Shown: positions 12,337 through 23,754, counted from the first letter of the whole stretch. The stretch: 61,666 bases of DNA, filler included, from Jimgerdemannia flammicorona (GCA_003990765.1; 3 parts of 3 records of this genome joined end to end with filler, not necessarily neighbours in it); one strand, 5' to 3'. The notes: a model not told the origin generated them from the letters alone. A program made the numbers and translations.

Positions 12337-14554
12337 ACTTGGTACTCATTGGCTGGTAATTTAAGATGAATCCCTTACTTTTAAGCTGAAAAACAAATAA
12401 TCACCACAATAACTACCCTGACTACAAGAGTCACCCCTGCAAGAATTTAAGACAAGATGGAAATGCATCCCCCCACATTCTATAGATACTACTGAAGAGT
12501 CAATCCTGATCTTCATTGAAGACTTTGAACAATTTGCCACTGTACAAGCCCTCAACATGGATGTACAATTGGCCCTTTTACCAGTTAGCCTCAGAGGACC
12601 TACCAGAGATAAGTTCAATACAGCTACTATTGCTAATACTAGTGCAGCCAAACTTGTCAACATGAAGACCTTCCTCAGAACTACATACTATATCAAAGAG
12701 ACCAAGCAAGCTCTCAAGAATCAACTCAACACTATATATCTACCAGAGACTCAGTGAAGATCCTAACTCATTCTATATCTGAATCTGCCACCAGATTGTC
12801 TTAGCTAGCTATGATGACCACCTCAAGGAACAAATAGTAGATTCAACCTTCCTCAAAGGAGTTCACTCTGAAATTGCCCTAGCAATCTAGTCTACCATAG
12901 CTACACTGACTCTTGATCAGAAAGTGGTCTTTGTACAGAGATATTGAACTGCCAGACACCTTACTAAACACTCAATAGAGAAAATAACTAGTATCAAGAT
13001 AGAGCCATCAAAGCCAACTAGTATCATGCCCACCACAGTTGTAAACAGACAACCATCCCCACCTACCCCCAAGGTGGCCAAAGCTGACTCAGTGGAGGAA
13101 CTTGCCAAGCAGTTTGCTGAGATAACTATATACTTTGGTGATATTGTTAGAGAAGTCTGAAGTGCCAATAGGAGACTAGTACAGAGATTTGTAGCTACTA
13201 TAGAAGAATGCAATATCACATGCTTCAGATGTAGAGAAGAAGGCCACTATGTAAAGAGTTATATGATCAAAACAAGACATAAAGCCCAACTAAGTAATGT
13301 TACCAGAACTAGAGAATAAACCAATATAGTAGTCATTGAGAAGATTGGTGATACTGATGATGAAGAATACTATAAAGAGTCTGAATTCTACCCTATCACT
13401 GAAGATACCAGAACCCAGTCCAAGCTCTATGACAAGAAAAGCAACCATAAGCCAGTTGGAAGACTAAAGAAGACCCCAGCTATCACTATTCAAAGTAAGA
13501 TCCAATCTAAGGAGATTGATCAAGATATGGAGTTAGATGAAGCTGTCTGCCAAATCATTGAAGACACTACTTCAGTCTCAGAAGAAAGTGAAAGCAAGAA
13601 GGAACAGAAGCTGCACAAGACCAAGATCCACCAGTATGATATCTACAAGGACCTCAAGAAATAGAAGGTCAATGCTACTTTTGGACAGCTAGCCAAAGTC
13701 CCTGCCTTCAGACAGCAGTTGAGAGTAGGACTTGTAACTACTGCCAAGAATCAAGAGTATAAGATTGTAGAAGCTCACAATACACAAGAAACATTTGAAG
13801 ACTTAGATGAAGAATCTGAAGGCCAGTGCAAGACATCAGCCTATATCTCATATCAGAATGAAGATTGTATCTTTGATGCCATCATTGATACTGGTGCTAG
13901 AGGATGTCTTATGAGTAAGAAGACAATTGACCACCTAGGCTGGAACATTGAAAAGTCCACCAAGATGATCTATGTCACAGCAGATAGTATATGAGCTATC
14001 CTCCTTGGCAAAATCTGAGAAGTCCCCATTAAGATAGAAGGAGCTACCATCCTAGTAGATGTGATTGTTACAAGAACCACTAACTATGACATTCTCATTG
14101 GCAATCAATGGCTTTACAAGGCTAAGGCCATCATTGACCTCAATGCCCAGAAGGTGCAGATCATCAACTATAGAGGAAGAAAGGTATGAGTCTCTATCAA
14201 TGTTCATAAAGGAGTTCTACCAGACATAGAGGAAGAAGATGAAGAGGATACAGAAGTCTTCATACACTTGGTGAACAAGAACAAGAATAAGACACCTAAG
14301 CTCACAGATGAGCAGTGATACAACAAGATCATCAATAGCTATACTCCTCAAGGAAGATGCCCTCATAGTACTAGGATGTACTGCTCTGAATACCTGAATG
14401 ACTGCTGGTTCTGTATCAGTGAAGTCAGGAAAATCTGCCAATAGAAGTATGAGCAAGAAGCTGCTGAAGTAAAAAGAAAAGCTGAAGAAGATGACCAGCC
14501 CCCAGAGCTTCAAGCTGACAGTGATGAAGAGGAGAAACAAGAACCAGACATCAC

Positions 14555-14965
14555 TCTCAAGGTCAAGAAGTTTTGCCCTAAAGCCAACATCCCAGAATAT
14601 AAGACTGAAGGAGTCATAGGAATAACTTGCCAGCATTTAAGATGCTACTCTTGAACCACAGATCACTACTCTACTTGGTATCAGAATTGGAGTCAAGTTG
14701 CCAGAGAACCATGCCAGAATTATCAAGACCAGGAGCAGTCTGGCCAAAGTGAAATCTCAGTTGAAGGAGGAGTAATTGACCCTGATTACACTGGTGAAAT
14801 CTTCCTCATAGTCAGGAATCACAACCCCACCACTCCATTCAAAGTCAAGAAGCATGACAGAATTGGCCAGATGCTGATCCATGAAATCAAGAAGCCTAAG
14901 ATCACCAAAGCCATTAAACTCATTAAGACTAAGAGAGAAGAACAAGGCTTTGGATCTACTGAAAA
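14555..14965 (+). pseudogene. Retroelement dUTPase (family B)
   Basis: KTRSSLAK, GGVIDPDYTGEI, DRIGQML and QGFGST motifs, with frameshifts. Confidence 0.9.
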
Positions 14966-17066
14966 AGGAGTCTATACTGCTACCAAGATTACCAAACTTG
15001 AGCATGAGAAAGACAAGGACCAGAATAAGCACACATATATCATTAGAGAGAACTTTCCCCTAGAAGAACAACTTCTCAAGATTTTGCACCAGAATGAAGA
15101 AGTACTTGCTACAGACTTCAGGGATATCTACAATCAAGAACTCAAGTACTATCATGAAGTTGACACTAGCAATACTAAGCCCATCTACTAGAAAGCTAGA
15201 TCTATACCACTTGTTTATAGAGAATGGCTATGAGTAGAACAGAACTATGAGTCATATAAGCTCAAATACTTAGTAGTAGTTTAGACAGTAAACAAGTTCC
15301 ACTACTACCTAGCTGGGAAATACTTCACTATTCAAACAGACCATTCTGCTCTTGCCTGGCTATTCCACACTCTGAACTCCAAAGGAATATATGTCAGACA
15401 GATCTACAGACTGCAAGAGTATAACTGTACTGTCAAGTACTGCTCAGGGAGAACCAACACCAATGCTAATGTACTCTCAAGAATACTCCAAAACACCTCC
15501 ATCAATACTATTCAACATGAATAAGGAGTTATACTATGGATTAATCAGCTATCTTGGGCAGCAGAAGATGCCCAACCACCTCAAACTCTGGACAATTACT
15601 ATCATCAACCAGACTTGGAAACAGTTTGAACTAGACAACACTACACTCAGAAAAGGAGGAAAGCTTGTAATATCTGAATACAAGAAGTATCAAGTAATGA
15701 AGGAAGTATACAAACAAGGATACCTAAGAGGAACCAATATATATGATAAGACAAAAAGAACTATATAGTGGCCCAAGATGGAAGAAGACCTATACTAATT
15801 TATCAAAGAGTGTGACAAGTGCCAAAAACAGAAACAAGATCAGCAAGACCAGACATCTGGATCACCAAGAATTGAGCCTACCCTCTTCCATCATATTGCA
15901 ATAAATATCATTGGGTCACTTCCAGTAACACTATCAGGAAACCACTACATTATAGTTATTTTAGAACTCTTTACTAAATGGATAGAAGCAGGAGTATTAC
16001 AAGAAGCCAATGCCCTCTCTATAGCTGACTTTCTACACTAAGAAATCATCTGCTACTACAAGACACCAAAGCAAATTACCACAGATCATGGCACAGAATT
16101 TGTCAATGAATTCTACAAGATAATATATCAAAAATACAAGATTCAGTACATCAATACCACTATATACCACCCTCAAGGAAATAGACAGACAGAGAGAACC
16201 AATAAGACTCTCAAGAACATTCTGGTGAAGATCTCAAACATATACAAGAATTGGGATAACTACCTCCCAACTGCCCTCTCTGTCCTACAAGATATATGAT
16301 CACAGAGTACACACTTTACCCCAAGAGAACTGCTCTTTGGAGAAGAAGATTCTGATGGCACCTCAGCCAAAAAACTAGACCTAACTTGGAAATGAGTTGA
16401 CTCAGAAATCTGGACACTATACTAAATCAGGAAGAAGGCTGAAGATTACATCATCAAGTTATAAGCACTGATGAGGAAGAATGCAGAAAAGAATCACAAG
16501 ATCATCCAAATCAGAGAAAAGGTCCTACTATATCAAAATATGGTAGAAGCCTCATAGTCATGAAAACTGGAGTCCAAATGGGAAGGACTCTTTTATGTGC
16601 AAGATATCAAGAGAACTACCTTCTAGCTTAGAAAACTCATAGAGATTATACTATCTACCACAGTATACAGGAACAGACTCAAGAAGTACCATAAACCTAT
16701 ACAAGAGAAGTAAAACATAATGACTACCCATGAGGTTCTAGTCTATAAATCATAACAGTATATTCTGTGACCAGCTGGCAATCTGTCTGGACTATTCTCT
16801 AAGAGATATAGTACCAGCAACTATTCATCTGTGAGACTTTCAAAGCTAGAGGAGTTCAAACCATCAACTGATTGGTCAAGATCAGAATTGGGCCCTTGCT
16901 ATATGAAGGGAGCAACTCTTCACCATTATACCAAAATATATAGAGAAGATGCCAGCTCATAAATATCACTTTTTGACCCCCTGCCAGAGGTTATAGGATT
17001 AGCAAATTTTTCAGAACTGGACCAATGAATAAGAATGTTCAAGAAGATCCTTATTCAGGAGAAAGA

Positions 17067-18671
17067 TGTAACAGTGATCTCAGAATAATGATATCAGTAC
17101 AAGAGACAGCAATTCCTTACAAGCTACCAGATCAGAGTATAAGAAGATCATATGGCATAACTCACCCAGGCTATAATATGAGTAATGATGACCAACTGTA
17201 AGTCATTGGGACTACAATACAGACATCTCAAGAAATATAAAAGAAGGATCAAGGAACTGCAGTAGCAGCAACTCAATAAGACCTACTAAATCCTGAAATA
17301 GTTTAAGGACTTATTATAAACAAAATGCCTGCTGCTTGCCAAACCTCAAGATCAAGGAACCACCAAGGCCCCTCAGTCTAGGAAAGGATATTCCAAGACA
17401 TCTGAAAAGCTATAAGGACCCATACAACAAGGATTCCTAGTATCAACCTGGGTACTAGTGATCCTTATTATTATATTCTCTACCACTATAAAATGGAAAC
17501 AAGAATTACCATTGCTACCAAATGTCTTCAGATGTGGCAAGAATACGAAATAGGAAACCTTCTCTACTGGAAATTCCCTCAAGTCAGCCCTCAAGAGCTA
17601 TAAGATGCCACTCCTATAGATATACATGAAATAAGGACAGCCAAGAAGATTCATCAGATCTTCAGATATGTACCATAGTTGATCTCCAACTTGGAATATA
17701 CCAGAGTCTCAGACTTCAGGGATCTGTCAGCCTACTGTATCAATGTACTAGAAGTCATGGTGGCTGCAGAAGCCCAGTCCACTATCACCCTCAATAGTGA
17801 TGAAATAGAAGACTTCTGGTATCCCATCCTTCAGAACAACCCAGATCAGTTTCTGTAGGGATTGATCTCAGTATTTCAAGACCCAAGCATCCAGGTTAGA
17901 CCTCTCCAAGACCCTACATTTGTTCCTTATTTTGTGGAAGAGAACCTCATAGACTGAAGAGCTCCAGATCTTCTCACTCTCTCTGCTGCTGCCAAATATA
18001 ATGATGTCATTAGCAATGATATCATCTCATGTGATATATGTGAAATACATAATATATACAAAACACATAACCTATGTGATGAGATGAATAAAACATTCAC
18101 AGATCTCATCTCCTTTAGTGATGATGAGAATGAAGCCCTCATAGTCCTGAACTTTCTGCTCTGAGTTCTTGGTAATACAAAATTCTGCCAGTATCCTTTT
18201 CCCATATAACAGTTAGTTCTTCTACTAGCATTCTGATCTTGTGTGACTCAGAATTCTTCCAGTATCCTTTTCCTATACCACTGAATTCTACTAGTACTCT
18301 AAACTTATATAACTATCTATACCAATACTAGAATATATACCAACAACTGTAGTTTTCTGTGTTCCAGTATTTTATTTAATTATTAGAATTTATATTTAGT
18401 CTTATATCTTAGCAACTATTGAATTATATTTTGTATAAATATCTCTCTTATTTTCTTTGAAATAAAGTCAGTCAAGTTCACTTACTCTCAATTTCTTGCA
18501 AGTAATCTAAGAGATAATAAGACAGTTTAAAGATAAGAAGTTTGAGGACTATAAGACCTTAGGAAGGTACTCCAATAAGAACTTACTTATAACAAACTTG
18601 TAGTTAGTCTAAGAGATATACCTTGAAGAGAATCTAATATATTTGAAGAACTCAGCAACCACTATGTAATA
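17067..18671 (+). repeat. Family B 3' LTR, with decayed U3 ORF at 17325-18164
   Basis: Follows the polypurine tract; direct repeat of the 5' LTR. Confidence 0.92.
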
Positions 18672-19332
18672 ATATATACTTAAAGTTAAAAATAAAAAAA
18701 ATCTATAATATCAATATTAACTATTATTACTTAATAGATTTGGAATAATATTTAATGACAAACTTAGTTAATAATAAAATTTAAATATATTTAATTTATT
18801 ATATAAATTATTAAAAAATAAAAAATAAAAAATAAAATAACTTATATTTTTAGTTATATTTATTATTACTATAATTATTATAAGCTATATAAATATATAA
18901 ATTATAATATTATATCATATTTAGCTAGATTATTTTTATAGTTAGTTACTGTAATAGTTTCTAAGTTTATATTAATAAAATATTTTCAAAGATAAATTAT
19001 ACAAAATAAAAAATAATATATATAATAATTACAACATAACTATAAATTTTTATATAAAATAGTTTTATTCATCATAACTACTATTTATTTTAACAGAATA
19101 TCTTCTGGTAAAATTTTTGAAAAATTATAAATATAAAAATATAGTGCACCACACTTATACTCAACCTTTTGATTATAACTTTATATTGTACTTAATAAAA
19201 AAATAATAAAAATTATAAATTAATAGAAAATCCTATTGAGTTTAATCAAATAGAGAGTTTTTTTTGATATTGTTTATAAATTTTAGTAAATTAGTTTTTT
19301 ATATCAATTATCACTATTTTTTATATTTATAT

Positions 19333-20472
19333 TAAGGCCCGCCACAATTTCGGCCTTAAATCCATATACTTTTGGCCTTAAATCTATAGTATTGTGACAT
19401 ACTTTTCAAAGCCAAAAAATCAAAATCTGGCTTTAAAAAGAAATTGTAAGTCAACCTGCTCAACCCGCTTTTCAAGGTGCTTTCGAGGCCGCTCAAGGCT
19501 GCCATTTGAACCTACTCAAGACCGCCGTTCGAGGCTGCTCAAGGCCGCCGCTCAAGGCCGCTAAGGCCGCTCAAGGCTGCCATTCGAGGCCGCTCAAGGC
19601 CGCCGCTCAAGGCCGCTCAAGGCCGCCGCTCAAGGCCGCTCAAGGCCGCTCAAGGCTGCCGTTCGAGGCTGCTCAAGGCCGCTGTTCGAGGCCGCTCAAG
19701 GCTGTAGTTCGAGGCTGCCGTTCGAGGCCACTCAAGGCCGCCGCTCAAGGCCGCTCAAGGCCGCTCAAGGCCGCCGTTCGAGGCTGCTCAAGGCCGCCAT
19801 TCAAGGCCACTCAAGGCTGCAGTTCGAGGCCACCGTTCGAGGCCGCTCAAGGCTGCCATTCGAGGCCACTCAAGGCTGCCGTTTGAGGTGTGAATGGCAA
19901 GCAAGCATGAACGTAAACGCTGTTCACGCCTGCTCGTCATTCACACCCGTCTGCCATTCACGTTCACGTCCGCCATTCACGTCTGCTTGCCACTCGGTGA
20001 GTTCATTTATTAAAAATGCTTAAACAGGATTATGTCTATAATGGTAAGCTGTATAATAATAATAAACAAAGGCCGGAGGGTGAGAGAATTGACAGTCAAC
20101 TCAATAACTCGAATAGCGGAGCAACAACTCAATCACTTTGAATTTCCACATAAGGTCATAACTGAACGGCAGCCTTGAGTGGCCTCGAATGGTGGCATCG
20201 AACAGCGGCGGCCTTGAATGGCTTCGAACATTGGCCTTGAGCGGCCTCGAATGGCGGCTGTGAGCGGCCTCGAACGGCGGCCTTGAGCAGCCTCAAACGG
20301 TGGCCTTGAGTGGCCTTGAACAGTACCCTTGAGCAGCCTCGAACAGTGCCCCGAACAGCAGAGCGGCCTTGAGCGGGTTGACTTATTATGGCTGGCTTAC
20401 AAATTCTTTTTAAGTGCTAGAATTTGTGCTACCATGTGAATGAATTATCCCCATAGGGGGTCGGGGCTTTAA
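19333..20472. repeat. Foldback-like element with inverted GGCCGCTCAA minisatellite arrays
   Basis: GGCCGCTCAA/GTTCGAGGC units at 19485-19890 and their reverse complement at 20160-20380. Flanking sequence is also inverted (GTAAGTCAACC...CCCGC vs GCGGGTTGACTTA). Confidence 0.7.
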
Positions 20473-20500
20473 AAAAAAAATTTCCTTCAGACTTCTCCTT

Positions 20501-20600
20501 NNNNNNNNNNNNNNNNNNNNNNNNNNNNNNNNNNNNNNNNNNNNTTAATTAATTAANNNNNNNNNNNNNNNNNNNNNNNNNNNNNNNNNNNNNNNNNNNN
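20501..20600. other. Assembly gap with artificial TTAATTAATTAA spacer
   Basis: N run with a central all-frame stop linker; the same structure occurs at 41087-41186. Confidence 0.97.
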
Positions 20601-20879
20601 GACTGACTTTATTTCAGAGGAAATAAGAGGGGTATTTATACAAAATATAATTCAATGGTTGCTAAGATATAAAGCTAAATATAAATTCCAATAACTAAAA
20701 CTACTAAGTTCCAGGGCTGGTATTGTTGTTTGTACAGGTTCAGGATGCTGGCATTATCCAGTGTTATATCAAAATGCTGGTGCTGGAACAATTTCGCGTC
20801 ACCTCAGAATACCGGTGCTAGTATTATCTGGTGTTACATGAGAATACCGGTGCTGGCATTATCCAGTGTAACAAAGAAC

Positions 20880-21698
20880 TTAGAGCAGAAAGTTCAGGAC
20901 CATGGGGGCTTCATCATCATCATCATCACTGAAGGAGATGAGATCTGCGAATTCATCATGCAGGTCGCGCGTCTCGCGTACCTCGGGTATGTCGCGTGGG
21001 ATGACGTCATCGCCGATGACGTCATCACGTTCGGCGGGGAAATCGGGGACAAGATTTGGAGCTCTCCAATCTATGAGGTTCTCTTCCACAAAATAGGGGA
21101 CAAATGTGGGGTCTTGGGGGGATCTAACTCGGATGCTTGGGCCTTGGAATACTGAGATCAATCCTTGCAGGAATTGGTCTGGGTTGTCCTGAAGGATGGG
21201 GTGCCAGAAGTCTTCTACTTCTTCACTGTTGAGAGTGATAGTGGACTGGGCTTCTGTAGCCACCCTGGCTTCTAGTGCATTGATGCGGTGAGATGACAGG
21301 TCTCTGAAATCTGAGACTCTAACATACTCCAAGTTGGGAATCGACCATGGTGCATGCCTGAAGATCTGATGGATCTTCCTAGCTGTCCTCGTTTCACGTA
21401 TATCCATGGGAGTGGCATCTTGTAGCTCTTGGGTGCTGGCCTGTGGGAACTCCCGGCAGAGGAGGTTTCCTATTTCGTACTCCTGCCACATTTGGAGGCA
21501 TTCGGTGGCGATGGTGATCCTTGTTTCCATTTCACGGCGGTAGAGGATAAAGTGATAGGGGTCTGCAGTTCCCAGGTAGACACTAGGAGTCCTTCTTGAG
21601 CGGGTCTCCATGGCTCTTCTGATGTCTTGGAACATCCTTTCTTCAACCGAGGTGCCTTGGTGGTTCCTTGACCTTGAGGTTTGGCGGGCGGCAGGCAT
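20880..21698 (-). CDS. LTR(U3)-encoded protein of unknown function, 272 aa
   Basis: Uninterrupted ATG-to-stop ORF. It aligns end to end (MPAA...MVLNFLL*) with decayed copies in two other LTRs, and the frame is kept in the 3' LTR copy despite length differences. Confidence 0.8.
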   Translation of the reverse strand: MPAARQTSRSRNHQGTSVEERMFQDIRRAMETRSRRTPSVYLGTADPYHFILYRREMETRITIATECLQMWQEYEIGNLLCREFPQASTQELQDATPMDIRETRTARKIHQIFRHAPWSIPNLEYVRVSDFRDLSSHRINALEARVATEAQSTITLNSEEVEDFWHPILQDNPDQFLQGLISVFQGPSIRVRSPQDPTFVPYFVEENLIDWRAPNLVPDFPAERDDVIGDDVIPRDIPEVRETRDLHDEFADLISFSDDDDDEAPMVLNFLL

Positions 21699-21778
21699 TT
21701 CGTTTGTGGTAAGTCTTTGAGCTAATTTGGGATTGGTGGTTCTTGTTGGTTGCTGCTACTGCAGTTCCTTGATCCTTC

Positions 21779-21822
21779 TTTTATATTCTTCAGGATACTT
21801 GTACTGTGGTCACAATGACTCA
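21779..21822 (-). promoter_or_regulatory. Candidate internal promoter for the U3 ORF (TGAGTCA + TATAAAA)
   Basis: AP-1/Gcn4-type heptamer at 21816-21822 and TATAAAA at 21779-21785, ~80 bp upstream of the ATG. TATAAAA is present in all three LTRs and TGAGTCA in two. Confidence 0.4.
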
Positions 21823-21940
21823 CAGTTGGTCATCATTGCTCATCTCATATGCCGTATGATCTTCTTGTGCTTCGATCTGGTGGCTTGCAAGGAAAGGCTG
21901 TCTCCTGTGCTGATGTCATCATTCTGAGGTCACCGTTACA

Positions 21941-23205
21941 CTACATACAGCTAGCCCTCAAGAAGCTCATGGAGCAAGGCCTCTATATCAAGCCCAAGAA
22001 GTGCAAGTTTGCAGCTCAGGAAATTGCCTACCTAGGACACCCCATCAATCAGACTGGAATCCATATAGATCTTATAAAGATTGAGGCTGTTGCAGTCTAT
22101 CCAAGACCCAGAACAACCACAGAAGTCCATACCTTCCTTGGACTGGCCTCCTACTATAGAAGATTCATCAAAGGATACTCCAATATTGCAGCACCTATCT
22201 ACAAGCTACTCAAGAAGGAGACCAAATTCGAATGGACTAAGAAATACCAAGAAACCTTCAATAAACTCAAGATCAGGTTGACCCAAGCACCCATTCTCAG
22301 AAGACCAGATTGGAACTTAGAGTTCATCCTGCAGACAGATGCAAGTGCTATAGGACTTGGAGCAGTCTTAGCTCAGAAGAAAGATAGATATGAATATGTC
22401 ATCTCCTATACAAGCTGAGATACCTGCAGAGCAGAACAGAACTATGAGTCATGCAAGCTTAAATACTTAGCAGTAGTTTGGGTAGTAGACAAGTTCCACT
22501 ACTACCTAGCTGGGAAATACTTCACTATTCAAACAGACTATTCCGCTCTTACCTGGTTGTTCCACACTCTGAACTCCAAAGGAATATATGTCAGATAGAT
22601 CTATAGGCTGCAAGAGTATAACTGTACTGTCAAGCACTACTCAGAGAGAACCAATACTAATGCTGATGCACTCTTAAAGACACCCCAAAACACCTCCATC
22701 AAGACTATTCAACATGAATAAGGAGTTATACTATGGATTAATCAGCTACCTTGGGCAGTGAAAGATACCCAATCACCTTGAACCCTGGACAATCACCATC
22801 AACCAGACTTGAAAACAGTTTGAACTAGACAACACTATACTCAAAAAAGGAGGAAAGCTTGTAATACCTGAATATAAGAAGTATCAAGTAATGAAGAAAG
22901 TACATGAACAAGGATACCTAGGAGGAATCAACACATATGACAAGGCAAGAAGAACCACATGGTGGCCCAAGATGGAAGAAGACCTGTGCCAATTTGTCAA
23001 AGGGCATGACAAGTGCCAAAAACAGAAACAAGATCAGCAAGATCAGGTATCTGGGTTATCAAGAATTGAGCCTATTCCCTTCCACCACATCACAATGGAT
23101 ATCATTGGGTCACTACCAGTAATACTATCAGGAAACCACTACATTATAGTTATTGTAGACCTCTTTACCAAATGGATAGAAGCAGGAGCATTACAAGAAG
23201 CCAAT
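21941..23205 (+). mobile_element. Family B pol fragment: RT C-terminus, RNase H, integrase N-terminus
   Basis: KPKKCKF...YLGH, FLGLASYYRRFI, LQTDASAIGLGAVL, WWPKME. 22430-23205 closely matches 15236-16010. Confidence 0.92.
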
Positions 23206-23560
23206 CCCCCAGCCACAGCATCTTCAGCCCCTATGCTCACATCCCTCACCTGGGTACTGCTCCCCCTACCAATGCTAGCCTTGTCCTTTCCCTCAGCAGC
23301 ACCAGCCCTAGCTCCAACTGGCCATCTACTCTCCTTTACCTTATCTGCAAAGCTAGGGGGGCCAGGCCTTCCCCCACTTCTACCTGACACCAGTCCTTTG
23401 CCATATCCCTCTCTACCCTTCAACCCTCCAAAGGCCCCTATCTCCAGTCTCCCAGGTCTACCTAAATTAGCACACTCATCTGAACTCTTGCTTGATGATA
23501 TTTTTATAGTACCTTTTCTCTGAGTTGTATCAAAAACCATTATCTGAAGTTGGTGTAATA
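23206..23560 (-). mobile_element. LINE 5' fragment (ORF1 N-terminus)
   Basis: Gly-rich frame with SFADKVK, like TFADKVR in the LINE at 1308-1880. Confidence 0.65.
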
Positions 23561-23750
23561 TGAATTATATAGGAGAAAGGTGTCATTCAGATGAAGCATC
23601 CATCATTTTCCAATAGAGGTGATATAGATAGAGTGAATGAAGTTGTTCAAATGCATTTTGCTTCTGCTAAGTAATGAGGTCTTGTATAGTTGTAGTATAT
23701 CTTAGTCTTGAGTTGATAAGTGTAGTTTGTAAACCTTTGATAGATGAAAT

Positions 23751-23754
<4 letters not shown>

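Larger units (their letters stand above)
10737..18671 (+). mobile_element. Structurally complete but decayed Ty3/Gypsy element, family B (LTR-PBS-gag-PR-Cys/His-dUTPase-[RT deleted]-RNaseH C-half-IN-ORF3-PPT-LTR)
   Basis: LTRs 10737-12336 and 17067-18671; TSD ATAT; PBS-like TGGTACTCATTGG at 12340; knuckle CFRCREEGH ~13221; protease AIIDTGARG ~13878; TDHSAL ~15336; integrase ITTDHG and HPQGN.QTERTN; purine tract AGGAGAAAGA before 17067. Confidence 0.93.
20601..21940 (-). mobile_element. Young CpG-rich family B LTR (5' or solo), running into the gap
   Basis: Begins TGTAACGGTGACCTCAGAATGATG at 21940 (minus), matching the LTR starts at 10737 and 17067. TGTATAAAT and AATAAA lie near 20607-20642. 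It is inserted into an older pol. Confidence 0.9.

Noticed and set aside
19506..19886. 126-aa repetitive ORF and CRISPR-like periodicity
   Set aside because: Translation of a 10-13-bp minisatellite; no unique spacers or cas genes; eukaryotic context.
20545..20556. TTAATTAATTAA palindrome inside N runs (also 41131-41142)
   Set aside because: Scaffolding linker, not biological.
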